Source: Rhizobium sp. Q54 (lineage in GTDB: Bacteria > Pseudomonadota > Alphaproteobacteria > CADEGL01). From it: 64,000 nucleotides of DNA. The translations under genes and the position numbers were made by a program. Location of the stretch: contig CAMAPP010000001.1 of NCBI GenBank assembly GCA_945860095.1, positions 3,741 through 67,740 of the forward strand, written 5' to 3'. The notes beneath the pieces are model-generated. The model was given only the letters and a program-made list of their open reading frames with translations. It had not been told where the DNA came from and searched no databases. Shown piece by piece: positions 56,471-64,000 of this stretch. Each line of letters opens with the position of its first letter. Position 1 is the stretch's first letter.

Positions 56471-56758
56471 ATGCCAATATCTAGGGGTCGGGGATGTCGG
56501 GGAGACGACATGAGCGATCGTGAAGAGCAGGCTCGCGTCACGGCGTTGTGGATTCTGCATAGCGCCGCGTGCGCGAAATTACTGCGTTCCAAGGGGCGCA
56601 ATTGGCAGGCCGACGCCTTCGAGGCGGCGCTGTCGGAGTTGACGGAGATCGTCGCCGGCGAGCTGGGCCGCAAGCGTTTGGAAGCGGCGATGGATTGGGC
56701 CGCCGGACAAGCCTCGCGCAGCGGCGCGGAATACGACCCCATTCCCTCGCGCCATTGA
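56471..56758 (+). CDS. Small hypothetical protein
   Basis: ORF of 95 aa, or 82 aa from the alternative ATG at 56510. No recognisable motif. Confidence 0.3.
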   Translation: MPISRGRGCRGDDMSDREEQARVTALWILHSAACAKLLRSKGRNWQADAFEAALSELTEIVAGELGRKRLEAAMDWAAGQASRSGAEYDPIPSRH

Positions 56759-57019
56759 TCCCCTTCGGCGCGCCGCTCAATCCGCGGCGAAGCGCAAAGG
56801 CGAGAGATCGCACCGGTGCTCGGTGACGGCGAAATGGCGATCGAGCGGCGGAGAAGCGCGCTGGCCGCAGTCCTCGCGCGGACATAGCCGGCAATTGATC
56901 CCGATGAGCGTGCGATTGACGGAATTGTCGAGATCGAGGTCATCGGCATAGACGATACGCGCGGTGGAATGACCGCGAAGGCGCAACAACAGCGAGAGTG
57001 AAAGGTGGATTGACGTCAA

Positions 57020-57229
57020 ATGAATCCAACCGAATCGCGCTATTGGATCATCGGCGGCGAATACGAATCCGCCGCCTTCGAGCGCCTGGTGCCGGGCACA
57101 AGGACATTAGTCGGGCCGTTCGAGCGCAAGGAATTGGCCGAAGCCGCATGGCGCGATAGGACACAGGCCACGCGCCCCAGTTGCCAGACCCGCCACACCA
57201 TCGCCGAGGAACGCGCCAATCACATCTGA
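57020..57229 (+). CDS. Small hypothetical protein, possibly DUF4170-like
   Basis: A 69-aa ORF (YWIIGGEYE ... AEAAWRDRTQATR) vaguely resembling the alphaproteobacterial DUF4170 pattern. Confidence 0.4.
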   Translation: MNPTESRYWIIGGEYESAAFERLVPGTRTLVGPFERKELAEAAWRDRTQATRPSCQTRHTIAEERANHI

Positions 57230-57262
57230 CGCGCGGCGGCGGAGCAACGGGTTTCCGGAAAC

Positions 57263-57337
57263 TGGAGCGGGAGAAGGGATTCGAACCCTCGACCCTCACG
57301 TTGGCAACGTGATGCTCTACCCCTGAGCTACTCCCGC
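57263..57337 (-). tRNA. tRNA-Gly(GCC): tRNA-Gly (anticodon GCC), with encoded CCA
   Basis: The reverse complement reads GCGGGAGTAGCTCAGGGGTAGAGCATCACGTTGCCAACGTGAGGGTCGAGGGTTCGAATCCCTTCTCCCGCTCCA, which folds into a cloverleaf with anticodon loop TTGCCAA. Confidence 0.85.
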
Positions 57338-57370
57338 TTTCGGGCGGGATATTACGTCCTCGGAGCGTCA

Positions 57371-57483
57371 TTGCAAGTCATAGCGCAAGTCATGGCGGCA
57401 AGTCGTGGGCGCAAGTCAGGGCCGCAAGTCATAGCCACAAGTCATGGCCGCAAGTCGTGGGGGCAAGCCTTGCGGGCAAGTTC
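57371..57483. repeat. About 9 copies of a degenerate 13-bp direct repeat (consensus GC-CAAGTC-RTGG) between tRNA-Gly and the proX-like gene
   Basis: CAAGTC cores occur at 57374, 57386, 57399, 57412, 57425, 57438 and 57451, with degenerate CAAGCC/CAAGTT at 57464 and 57477. Spacing is 12-13 bp. Confidence 0.7.
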
Positions 57484-57564
57484 GGGACGCCGCTCCGGCC
57501 GAGGGTGTCAACGCGCCCCACACCCGCCTTCCAGACCAAGCCCGATCCGTTTTATCGTGCCGCC

Positions 57565-58095
57565 ATGGCATACACACCCGATCGATTGCTCGCGCGCTTG
57601 GGCGAGCTCGGCATCCCCTACACCAATCACCGGCACCCGCCACTGTTCACCGTGGCCGACAGCAAGGCCCTGCGCGGCACGCTTCCGGGCGGGCATTGCA
57701 AAAGCCTGTTCCTCAAGGGCAAGCGCGGCGAGCTCTACCTCGTGGTTGCGCTCGAGGATCGGGCGATCGACCTGAAGCGCCTGCGCAAGACGCTCGGAAC
57801 CGGCAGCCTGTCCTTCGGCGGCCCGGAGCTGTTATTCGAAATCCTGGGCGTGCGCCCAGGTGCCGTGACCCCGTTCGGCCTCGTCAACGACACCGAACGC
57901 AAGGTCGCGGTCGTCCTTGATTCGGCGATGCTCGCGCGCGACCCGCTCAACTATCACCCCCTGACCAACGACATGACGACGGCGGTGCCGTCCCAGGGAT
58001 TGCTCGCCTTTATCGCCGCATGCGGCCATGTGCCGCGCGTTCTCGATTTCGATGCGCCGGACGACGCCGCGTCCGAGCCCAAACCGGCCGGATAA
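57565..58095 (+). CDS. YbaK/ProX-like aminoacyl-tRNA deacylase domain protein
   Basis: LPGGHCKSLFLKGK ... GAVTPFGL are typical of prolyl-tRNA editing domain proteins. Track entry 57457 is over-extended across the repeat array. Confidence 0.7.
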   Translation: MAYTPDRLLARLGELGIPYTNHRHPPLFTVADSKALRGTLPGGHCKSLFLKGKRGELYLVVALEDRAIDLKRLRKTLGTGSLSFGGPELLFEILGVRPGAVTPFGLVNDTERKVAVVLDSAMLARDPLNYHPLTNDMTTAVPSQGLLAFIAACGHVPRVLDFDAPDDAASEPKPAG

Positions 58096-58176
58096 GCCCG
58101 GCTGAATGAGCCCGGCTGGGTAAGCCCGGCCAGATAAACCCCGCCGGATAAGCCCGGCTGGATGAGCCATGACCAC
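58081..58176. repeat. About 6 copies of a 14-bp direct repeat (TRAGCCCGGCYRGR) starting at the proX-like stop codon
   Basis: Units are taagcccggctgaa, tgagcccggctggg, taagcccggccaga, taaaccccgccgga, taagcccggctgga and tgagccatgacca. Each unit begins with TAA or TGA. Confidence 0.7.
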
Positions 58177-58270
58177 GCCGGGCGCGCCGGGGCCGTGAGC
58201 GCCGGGGTTGCAAGCGGAGATGCGCGCGGCCAAATATGGGTGAACGGACAACCCTCGGAAAGCGAGCCCC

Positions 58271-59185
58271 ATGGAAGCCCTTATCGGCGCCGCCGCGGCG
58301 CCCCAAGACTTGATCAAAGACAGCGACAATCAGCGATTCATGGCCGATGTCATCGAAGTGTCGAAGACGACGCCCGTGCTCGTCGATTTCTGGGCGCCGT
58401 GGTGCGGGCCATGCAAGCAGCTGACGCCCACGCTCGAAAAGGTCGTCAAGGCGGCCGCGGGCAAGGTCAAGCTAGTCAAGATCAATATCGACGAAAACCA
58501 GGAACTGGCGCAGCAGTTGCGCATCCAGTCGATTCCGGTCGTCTATGGCTTCAAGGACGGCCGGCCGGTCGACGGCTTCGTCGGCCTGCAAACCGAAACC
58601 CAAATCCGCCAGTTCGTCGAGCGCCTGATGGGCGGCGGCGAACATGTCGGCCCCGATCCCATCGACGCGGCGCTGGCCGAGGCCAAGGCCGCGCTCGAAG
58701 CCAAGGACGCAGGCACCGCCACGGCCATCTACGGCCAGATCCTGGCCCACGATCCCAAGAACGTAAAAGCGATCGCGGGTCTTGCGCGCGCGCGCGTGCT
58801 CGCGGGCGACCCCGCCCAGGCGCGGCAATATCTCGACGCCGTGCCGAAGGAAAACGCCGGCGACGCCGATGTCGCGGCGGCGCGCTCGACCATCGAGTTG
58901 GCCGAGAAGGCGCAACAGTCGTCGGGCAAACTCGGCGAGTATGAAGCCCGCCTGGCACAAGACCCGAACGACCATCAGGCGCGGTTCGATTGGGCGCTGG
59001 CGCAATACGCGGCCGAGAACACCGAAGGGTCGATCGACGCATTGCTCGAAATTATCCGCCGCAAGCGCGATTGGAACGAAGACGCCGCGCGCAAGCAATT
59101 GGTGCAGATTTTCGACGCGCTCGGCTTCGGCCACCCGCTCGTGTCCGCCGGCCGGCGCAAATTATCCGCGATTCTGTTCAAGTGA
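58271..59185 (+). CDS. Thioredoxin-domain plus TPR co-chaperone (YbbN/CnoX-like)
   Basis: WAPWCGPCK thioredoxin motif followed by a TPR-like C-terminal half. Confidence 0.8.
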   Translation: MEALIGAAAAPQDLIKDSDNQRFMADVIEVSKTTPVLVDFWAPWCGPCKQLTPTLEKVVKAAAGKVKLVKINIDENQELAQQLRIQSIPVVYGFKDGRPVDGFVGLQTETQIRQFVERLMGGGEHVGPDPIDAALAEAKAALEAKDAGTATAIYGQILAHDPKNVKAIAGLARARVLAGDPAQARQYLDAVPKENAGDADVAAARSTIELAEKAQQSSGKLGEYEARLAQDPNDHQARFDWALAQYAAENTEGSIDALLEIIRRKRDWNEDAARKQLVQIFDALGFGHPLVSAGRRKLSAILFK

Positions 59186-59205
59186 GGCGCGAGAGCGCCG
59201 ATACC

Positions 59206-59865
59206 ATGGGCGAGAACGCGCGCGACGGCGAAGTTCTACCGGAAATATTGCCGATCTTTCCCCTGAGCGGCGTTCTGCTGCTGCCGGGCGCGGAGCTTCC
59301 TCTGCACATTTTCGAGCCGCGCTACCGCGCGATGACGCGCGACGCGCTGGCGGGGCCGGGCTTGATCGGCTTGATCCAACCGCGCGCGGACGCCGCGCCC
59401 GACCACCCGCAACCCGAAATCTATCCCACCGGCTGCATGGGACGGATAACAGAATGCCGCCAGACCGGAGACGGGCGCTATCACATGACACTCATCGGCA
59501 TCTGCCGCTTCCGCATCCACGACGAATTGCCCCTGCTCGATGGCTATCGCCGGGTGACGCCGAATTACGCCCCCTTCATGGGCGATCTGGCGCTGGGTCG
59601 CGACGCGCGCGTCGACCGCGACCGGCTTTCGGGCGCACTGGCGGCCTATTGCGCCAAGCGCAATTTCACGGCCAATTGGGACGCGATCAAGCAGATCTCC
59701 GACGAGCGGCTGATCTCGAGCCTTGCCATGCTGTGCCCGTTCGCGGCGAGCGAGAAACAGGCGCTGCTTGAAGCCGCCGATTTGACGGAGCGCGGCCGAG
59801 TCGTGATCGCGCTGCTGGAAATGGCCTTGCTCGAGGGTGGCGAAAGCCGTCCCGTCAAGCACTGA
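59206..59865 (+). CDS. LON substrate-binding (Lon N-terminal) domain protein
   Basis: [26 protein letters not shown] is typical of the Lon N-domain. Track entry 58990 is over-extended. Confidence 0.7.
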   Translation: MGENARDGEVLPEILPIFPLSGVLLLPGAELPLHIFEPRYRAMTRDALAGPGLIGLIQPRADAAPDHPQPEIYPTGCMGRITECRQTGDGRYHMTLIGICRFRIHDELPLLDGYRRVTPNYAPFMGDLALGRDARVDRDRLSGALAAYCAKRNFTANWDAIKQISDERLISSLAMLCPFAASEKQALLEAADLTERGRVVIALLEMALLEGGESRPVKH

Positions 59866-59936
59866 CGGAACGATCGTTTCGGGCGCTCGCCGGCCAAACC
59901 GGCGGGCGGGCGAACGGAAAAAAAGGAGCCATTCTC

Positions 59937-60134
59937 ATGGCAAACGGCACGACCGGCGTCGATCCGAAATTGCTCGAAATCCTGGTCTGTCCGCTGACCA
60001 AAGGTCCGCTGCGCTACGATGCGGCGGCGCAGGAATTGGTCAGCGAACAGGCGGGCCTCGCCTATCCGATTCGGGACGGCATTCCGATCATGCTGGTGGA
60101 CGAAGCGCGCAAGTTGGACGACCGGGCGCGTTGA
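59937..60134 (+). CDS. Trm112 family protein
   Basis: A 65-aa protein with [14 protein letters not shown] ... IRDGIPIML. Confidence 0.75.
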   Translation: MANGTTGVDPKLLEILVCPLTKGPLRYDAAAQELVSEQAGLAYPIRDGIPIMLVDEARKLDDRAR

Positions 60135-60165
60135 ACGAAAACACCGCGCGCGCGAGACGGCGGAA

Positions 60166-60540
60166 ATGGACGAAGAATACGGTACGCGGCATTGGCCGGT
60201 GGAGATTCGCGTGAAATCGGCCGAGCGCGCGCTCGAGATCGTTTTCGACGACGACAAATCCTTTCGGCTGCCGGCGGAATTGCTGCGCGTGGAAAGCCCG
60301 TCGGCCGAGGTGCGCGGCCACGGCGCAGGCCAGAAGACCATTATCGGCGGCAAGCGCCTGGTCGGGATCAAGCGGCTCGAGCCGGTCGGCAATTACGCGG
60401 TGCGCATCCATTTCGACGACGGACATGACACTGGCATTTTCTCCTGGTCTTATTTGCGCGAACTCGGCGAAACCCAGGATGTGGTATGGCGCGCCTATCT
60501 CTCGGCGCTCGCCGAACGCAGGCTCGCGCGCGAGCCCTAG
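60166..60540 (+). CDS. DUF971 (gamma-butyrobetaine hydroxylase-like N-terminal domain) protein
   Basis: Carries the typical ...F.LPAELLRVESPSAEV... block. Confidence 0.6.
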   Translation: MDEEYGTRHWPVEIRVKSAERALEIVFDDDKSFRLPAELLRVESPSAEVRGHGAGQKTIIGGKRLVGIKRLEPVGNYAVRIHFDDGHDTGIFSWSYLRELGETQDVVWRAYLSALAERRLAREP

Positions 60541-60550
60541 ATTTTCCGAA

Positions 60551-61822
60551 TCACAACGCCTCGCCGCGCGCAAGACGCGGCAAATCCCCGACCACGCCCA
60601 TGGCGTCGCGCATGAAAAACCGCTTCAGTGGCGGCAAACGATCGACCATCGCCAGGCCCAGCGTGCGCGCCAGGCGCAGCGGAGGAAACCCGGCCGAGAA
60701 CAGGCGGTTTAGCGCATCGGTCGCGGCGACGAGCGCCATCGAATCGAAGCTCCGCCAGCGTTCGTAACGCGCCAGCGCCTGCGCGTCGCCCGGATCGAGG
60801 CCGAGCCGGATCGCATCCACCACGACCTCGGCGAGGACGGCGACGTCGCGCAGGCCGAGATTGAATCCCTGGCCGGCGATCGGATGGATCGCGTGCGCGG
60901 CATCGCCAAGCAGCGCCAAGCGATCCGCCACGTACCGCTCGGCATGGGCAAGAGCCAACGGGTAGCGCCAGCGGCCGCCGACGAGAATCATGGAACCGAG
61001 CCATGGTCCAAAACGCCGTTCGATTTCCGCCGTAAAGGCTCGGTCGTCGAGCGCGAAAGCCGCCGCCGCCACGTCGTCGTGCTCGGACCACACGATGGAC
61101 GAGCGTTGGCCGCGCATCGGCAAGACGGCTAGTGGACCCGCCGGCAGAAAGCGTTCGTGCGCGACGCCGCGATGGGGCGTTTCGTGCGCGACCGTGCACA
61201 CCAGGCTGGTTTGCCCGTAGCGCCATTGGGTGACCGCGATGCCCGCGGCGCGCCGCGTGGGAGAGCTTCGCCCGTCGGCGGCAACCGCAAGAGCGGCGGA
61301 AATCGTACGGCCGTCCTCAAGCGTCGCGCGGGCGAAATTTCTCGATCGATCGAGCGCCGTCACGCGAGCGGGCGCGAGCACGCGCACCGAGGGCAAGCCC
61401 GCGAGATGGGCGTGCAGCGCGCGCCGGATCGCCGTGTTTTCTACGATGTAGCCGAGCGGATCGTTGCCGATGTCGCGGTGGTCGTAGTGCAGGAACAAAC
61501 GCGAACCGCCGTCCGACACTCGGATATCGAGAATCGGTTCGGCCTCGCCGGCCAAACGCTGCCATAGCCCGATACCCTTGAGCACCCGCATCGAACCATG
61601 CGCGATGGCCGATGTGCGGCCGTCATAGGGCGCCGCGGTCTTGACTTCCTCGGCTTGGGTATCGACCACGACGACGCCAAGGCCGACGCCCCCAAGGGCC
61701 GCGGCGAGGGTAAGTCCGGCCATGCCGCCGCCAACGATCACCACATCGGATTTCAAAGGCGCTGGGGCTTTCCATTGTTTGGCCGCATCCGGTCGATCTT
61801 GTTCGGGCCGGTACAGCGTCAT
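60551..61822 (-). CDS. UbiH/UbiF/VisC/Coq6-family FAD-dependent hydroxylase
   Basis: VVIVGGGMAGL FAD motif and the C-terminal GDAAH motif are present. Confidence 0.8.
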   Translation of the reverse strand: MTLYRPEQDRPDAAKQWKAPAPLKSDVVIVGGGMAGLTLAAALGGVGLGVVVVDTQAEEVKTAAPYDGRTSAIAHGSMRVLKGIGLWQRLAGEAEPILDIRVSDGGSRLFLHYDHRDIGNDPLGYIVENTAIRRALHAHLAGLPSVRVLAPARVTALDRSRNFARATLEDGRTISAALAVAADGRSSPTRRAAGIAVTQWRYGQTSLVCTVAHETPHRGVAHERFLPAGPLAVLPMRGQRSSIVWSEHDDVAAAAFALDDRAFTAEIERRFGPWLGSMILVGGRWRYPLALAHAERYVADRLALLGDAAHAIHPIAGQGFNLGLRDVAVLAEVVVDAIRLGLDPGDAQALARYERWRSFDSMALVAATDALNRLFSAGFPPLRLARTLGLAMVDRLPPLKRFFMRDAMGVVGDLPRLARGEAL

Positions 61823-62030
61823 GTGTTCCGCTCCGTTTCAAGGCCAGGGCCTCGGGCCAGGCCGCCGCAAGCATAGGGCGCCGGCGGAACTCCGCCATCC
61901 CCCGTCAAGGCTTGCGGCAATTCCATTGTCATTCAAGATGTTATGATCTATTATTCAGATGGGAGGTGGCCGACCCGAACGCGTTGCGTGCGGGCGTGGA
62001 CGTTTGGCTTGGTCCACGAAAGGGCACCTG
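61823..62030. promoter_or_regulatory. Divergent intergenic region between the ubiH-like gene (-) and ftsK (+)
   Basis: Inferred only from gene arrangement; an AT-richer stretch lies around 61921-61960. Confidence 0.2.
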
Positions 62031-64000
62031 ATGGTGAACGTGGCACGTACCGCCGGCCGGCGCCCGGCAGCCTTGCAAGGCTTCAATGAATTCCTGCGCC
62101 GGAGGATGACGGAGCTGCGCGGTCTCGCTTGGATCGCGGCGGCGCTGGCGCTCGCCTTGTCCTTGGCGAGCTATCATCGGACTGATCCATCGTTCAATCG
62201 CGCCACCGGCGAAACCGTCCATAACCTTTTGGGCCGACCAGGCGCTCATTTCGCCGACTTGGCGCTGCAAAGCTTCGGATTGGCGAGCCTGCTCGTGGTC
62301 GGCGCCTTCGCTCTCTGGGGTCTGAGGGTCGCACTTCACCGCGAGCCCGCGATACTGTGGCTGCGGCTTACTTTGCTGCCGATCGGCATCGCGCTGTCGG
62401 CCGGAGCATTCGCCGTTCTGCCCAGGCCGGAGATCTGGCCGATAACGGGCGGCTTTGGCGGCGCGGTCGGCCGCTTGGCGCTCGACTATCTGGTTCGTTT
62501 GGCGACCATGGCCGACCTATCCTGGGGTTCGGTGCCGGTCGCGCTCGCGCTCGCGGCGCTTGCCGGGCTCGCCCTCGCGCAACCGTTCTCCATCCGCCGC
62601 GAACATGTGCGCGCGGCGGGCCTGGGATTGCTCGCCGCCGCCAGGGCGCTCGCGCGCTTGCCTGGCGTGTTGTTTCGCGGCCGCGCGCGCGCGGCCAACA
62701 GCGCGTCCGATTTGTCGCTCGCCATCAGGCGGGCCGACCGACGCCTGGAAGCCCGCACCCCGCTCGCCGAACCCGAGATGACGGCCAATGACGAGGACGA
62801 CGAGGCCGCGTCCGTGCCGATGGATCGCGCTGGACCCGTGGTCGAACGGCGCGCCGCCGCACCCAAGAAGCGCCCGCCCAAACAGATCTCGCTCGACCTG
62901 TCGCCGGCCGAGCGCGAATTGCCAGGCGCCGAATTGCTGCAAGCCCAGCCCGAAGCGCATAAAAGCACGGCGGTCGATCGCGAAGCGCTCGCCCAGAACG
63001 CCAAATTGCTCGAAAGCGTGCTGCGGGATTTCGGCATCAACGGCGAGGTGACCAAGGTTTGTCCTGGCCCCGTGGTGACACTGTATGAGCTCGAACCCGC
63101 GCCCGGCACAAAAACCTCGCGCGTGATCAGTCTATCGGACGACATCGCGCGCTCGATGAGCGCCGTGTCCGCGCGCGTGGCCGTGGTGCCGGGACGCAAC
63201 GTCATCGGCATCGAATTGCCAAACGCGCACCGCGAACGGGTCTATCTGTCCGAGCTCGTCTCCGCCGAGGGCTTCGAGAAGAGCGGCGATCTTTCGCTCG
63301 CGCTTGGCAAGGATATCGGCGGCAATCCGATACTCGCCGATCTGTCGCGCATGCCCCATCTTCTGATTGCCGGCACGACCGGGTCGGGTAAGTCGGTGGC
63401 TATCAATACGATGATCCTGTCGCTTCTGTACCGCCTCACGCCCGAGAAGTGTCGGTTGATCCTGATTGATCCCAAGATGCTGGAGCTGTCGGTGTACGAC
63501 GGCATTCCGCATCTCTTGACGCCGGTGGTGACGGACCCGCGCAAGGCGGTGGTTGCGCTCAAATGGGCCGTGCGCGAGATGGAGGAGCGTTACCGCGCGA
63601 TGTCGCAATTGGGCGTGCGCAATATCGCCAGCTACAACACGCGCCTGGCCGAGGCCCGGCGCAAGGGCGAAGTGCTGATGCGCAAGGTGCAGACCGGTTT
63701 CGACAGCGAGACCGGCAAACCCGTGTTCGAGGATCAGCCGCTCGATCTGCGTCCCCTGCCGTTCGTGGTCATTGTGGTCGACGAAATGGCCGATTTGATG
63801 CTCGTTGCGGGCAAGGATATCGAGGTCGTGGTGCAGCGCTTGGCGCAGATGGCGCGCGCGGGGGGCATCCACTTGTTGATGGCGACCCAGCGCCCCTCGG
63901 TCGATGTCATCACCGGAACGATCAAGGCGAACTTCCCCACGCGCATTAGCTTTCAGGTGACGTCCAAGATCGACAGCCGCACGATCCTCGGCGAACAAGG
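62031..64000 (+). CDS. ftsK: DNA translocase FtsK; 3' end lies outside the window
   Basis: N-terminal TM helices, a Pro/Ala-rich linker and the motor domain (IAGTTGSGKSVAINT, VVIVDEMADLM, LLMATQRPSVDVITG). No stop occurs before the window end. Confidence 0.85.
   Translation, partial: MVNVARTAGRRPAALQGFNEFLRRRMTELRGLAWIAAALALALSLASYHRTDPSFNRATGETVHNLLGRPGAHFADLALQSFGLASLLVVGAFALWGLRVALHREPAILWLRLTLLPIGIALSAGAFAVLPRPEIWPITGGFGGAVGRLALDYLVRLATMADLSWGSVPVALALAALAGLALAQPFSIRREHVRAAGLGLLAAARALARLPGVLFRGRARAANSASDLSLAIRRADRRLEARTPLAEPEMTANDEDDEAASVPMDRAGPVVERRAAAPKKRPPKQISLDLSPAERELPGAELLQAQPEAHKSTAVDREALAQNAKLLESVLRDFGINGEVTKVCPGPVVTLYELEPAPGTKTSRVISLSDDIARSMSAVSARVAVVPGRNVIGIELPNAHRERVYLSELVSAEGFEKSGDLSLALGKDIGGNPILADLSRMPHLLIAGTTGSGKSVAINTMILSLLYRLTPEKCRLILIDPKMLELSVYDGIPHLLTPVVTDPRKAVVALKWAVREMEERYRAMSQLGVRNIASYNTRLAEARRKGEVLMRKVQTGFDSETGKPVFEDQPLDLRPLPFVVIVVDEMADLMLVAGKDIEVVVQRLAQMARAGGIHLLMATQRPSVDVITGTIKANFPTRISFQVTSKIDSRTILGEQ

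Noticed and set aside
56777-57019. An 80-aa minus-strand ORF (TTG start) containing CRLCPREDCGQ. It fills the 260-bp gap between two small + strand ORFs.
   Set aside because: No recognisable Cys motif spacing (not DUF1289-like), a TTG start, and a compositionally antisense appearance. It could be real, but there is not enough support to call it.
57048-57371. A 107-aa minus-strand ORF, and the + ORF 57371..57775.
   Set aside because: The first completely overlaps the tRNA-Gly gene. The second is made of the 13-bp repeat array. Neither is coding.
57371-58176. Whether the two repeat arrays are CRISPR arrays.
   Set aside because: Periods of 13-14 bp with no intervening unique spacers, far shorter than CRISPR repeats, and no cas genes in the window.

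Overview
This is a high-GC window (about 70-77% GC in sampled stretches, apart from one low-GC island), most likely from an alphaproteobacterial chromosome. The segment from about 1 to 48.5 kb is a single, almost entirely co-directional (+ strand) surface-glycan (capsule, LPS or glycoprotein) biosynthesis locus, and many of its genes overlap by 4 bp (ATGA/GTGA/TGATG). It encodes three KpsS/KpsC-like (Capsule_synth) proteins, a CDP-alcohol phosphatidyltransferase, a HisF/HisH/WbpG-like amidotransferase trio (acetamidino sugar formation) and a near-complete legionaminic-acid-type nonulosonic-acid (NulO) pathway: a NeuB homologue, two NeuC homologues, two CMP-NulO synthetases, a PtmE-like CBS-nucleotidyltransferase, PtmA/PtmF-like oxidoreductases, a NeuD-like acetyltransferase, a DegT-like aminotransferase and an epimerase/dehydratase. 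Decoration enzymes are present: a radical SAM/SPASM protein, a FemAB-GNAT fusion, an FkbM methyltransferase, a sulfotransferase-like protein, two AsnB-like amidotransferases, two deacetylase-like proteins and a FabH-like protein. A WbpB/WbpD/WbpE-type diacetamido-sugar module, four GT4 glycosyltransferases, an ArnT/PMT-like membrane glycosyltransferase, a fused ABC exporter, a Wzy_C/O-antigen-ligase-family protein, a WbpL/WecA-type initiating transferase and a WbpM/PglF-type dehydratase complete the locus. No Wzx, Wzy or Wzz was recognised. The NulO core genes sit in a lower-GC island (about 12.2-24.7 kb, roughly 40-55% GC). The island is flanked by truncated high-GC remnants of the very genes it carries intact, which is a footprint of cassette insertion or replacement. 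The right 15 kb is housekeeping (purH, MFS transporter, 1604-aa NAD-glutamate dehydrogenase, tRNA-Gly, proX-like, ybbN-like thioredoxin, Lon-N domain protein, trm112, DUF971, ubiH-like, ftsK). Two unusual 13- and 14-bp tandem repeat arrays bracket the proX-like gene next to tRNA-Gly. All functional calls rest on by-eye motif recognition and have not been database-verified.
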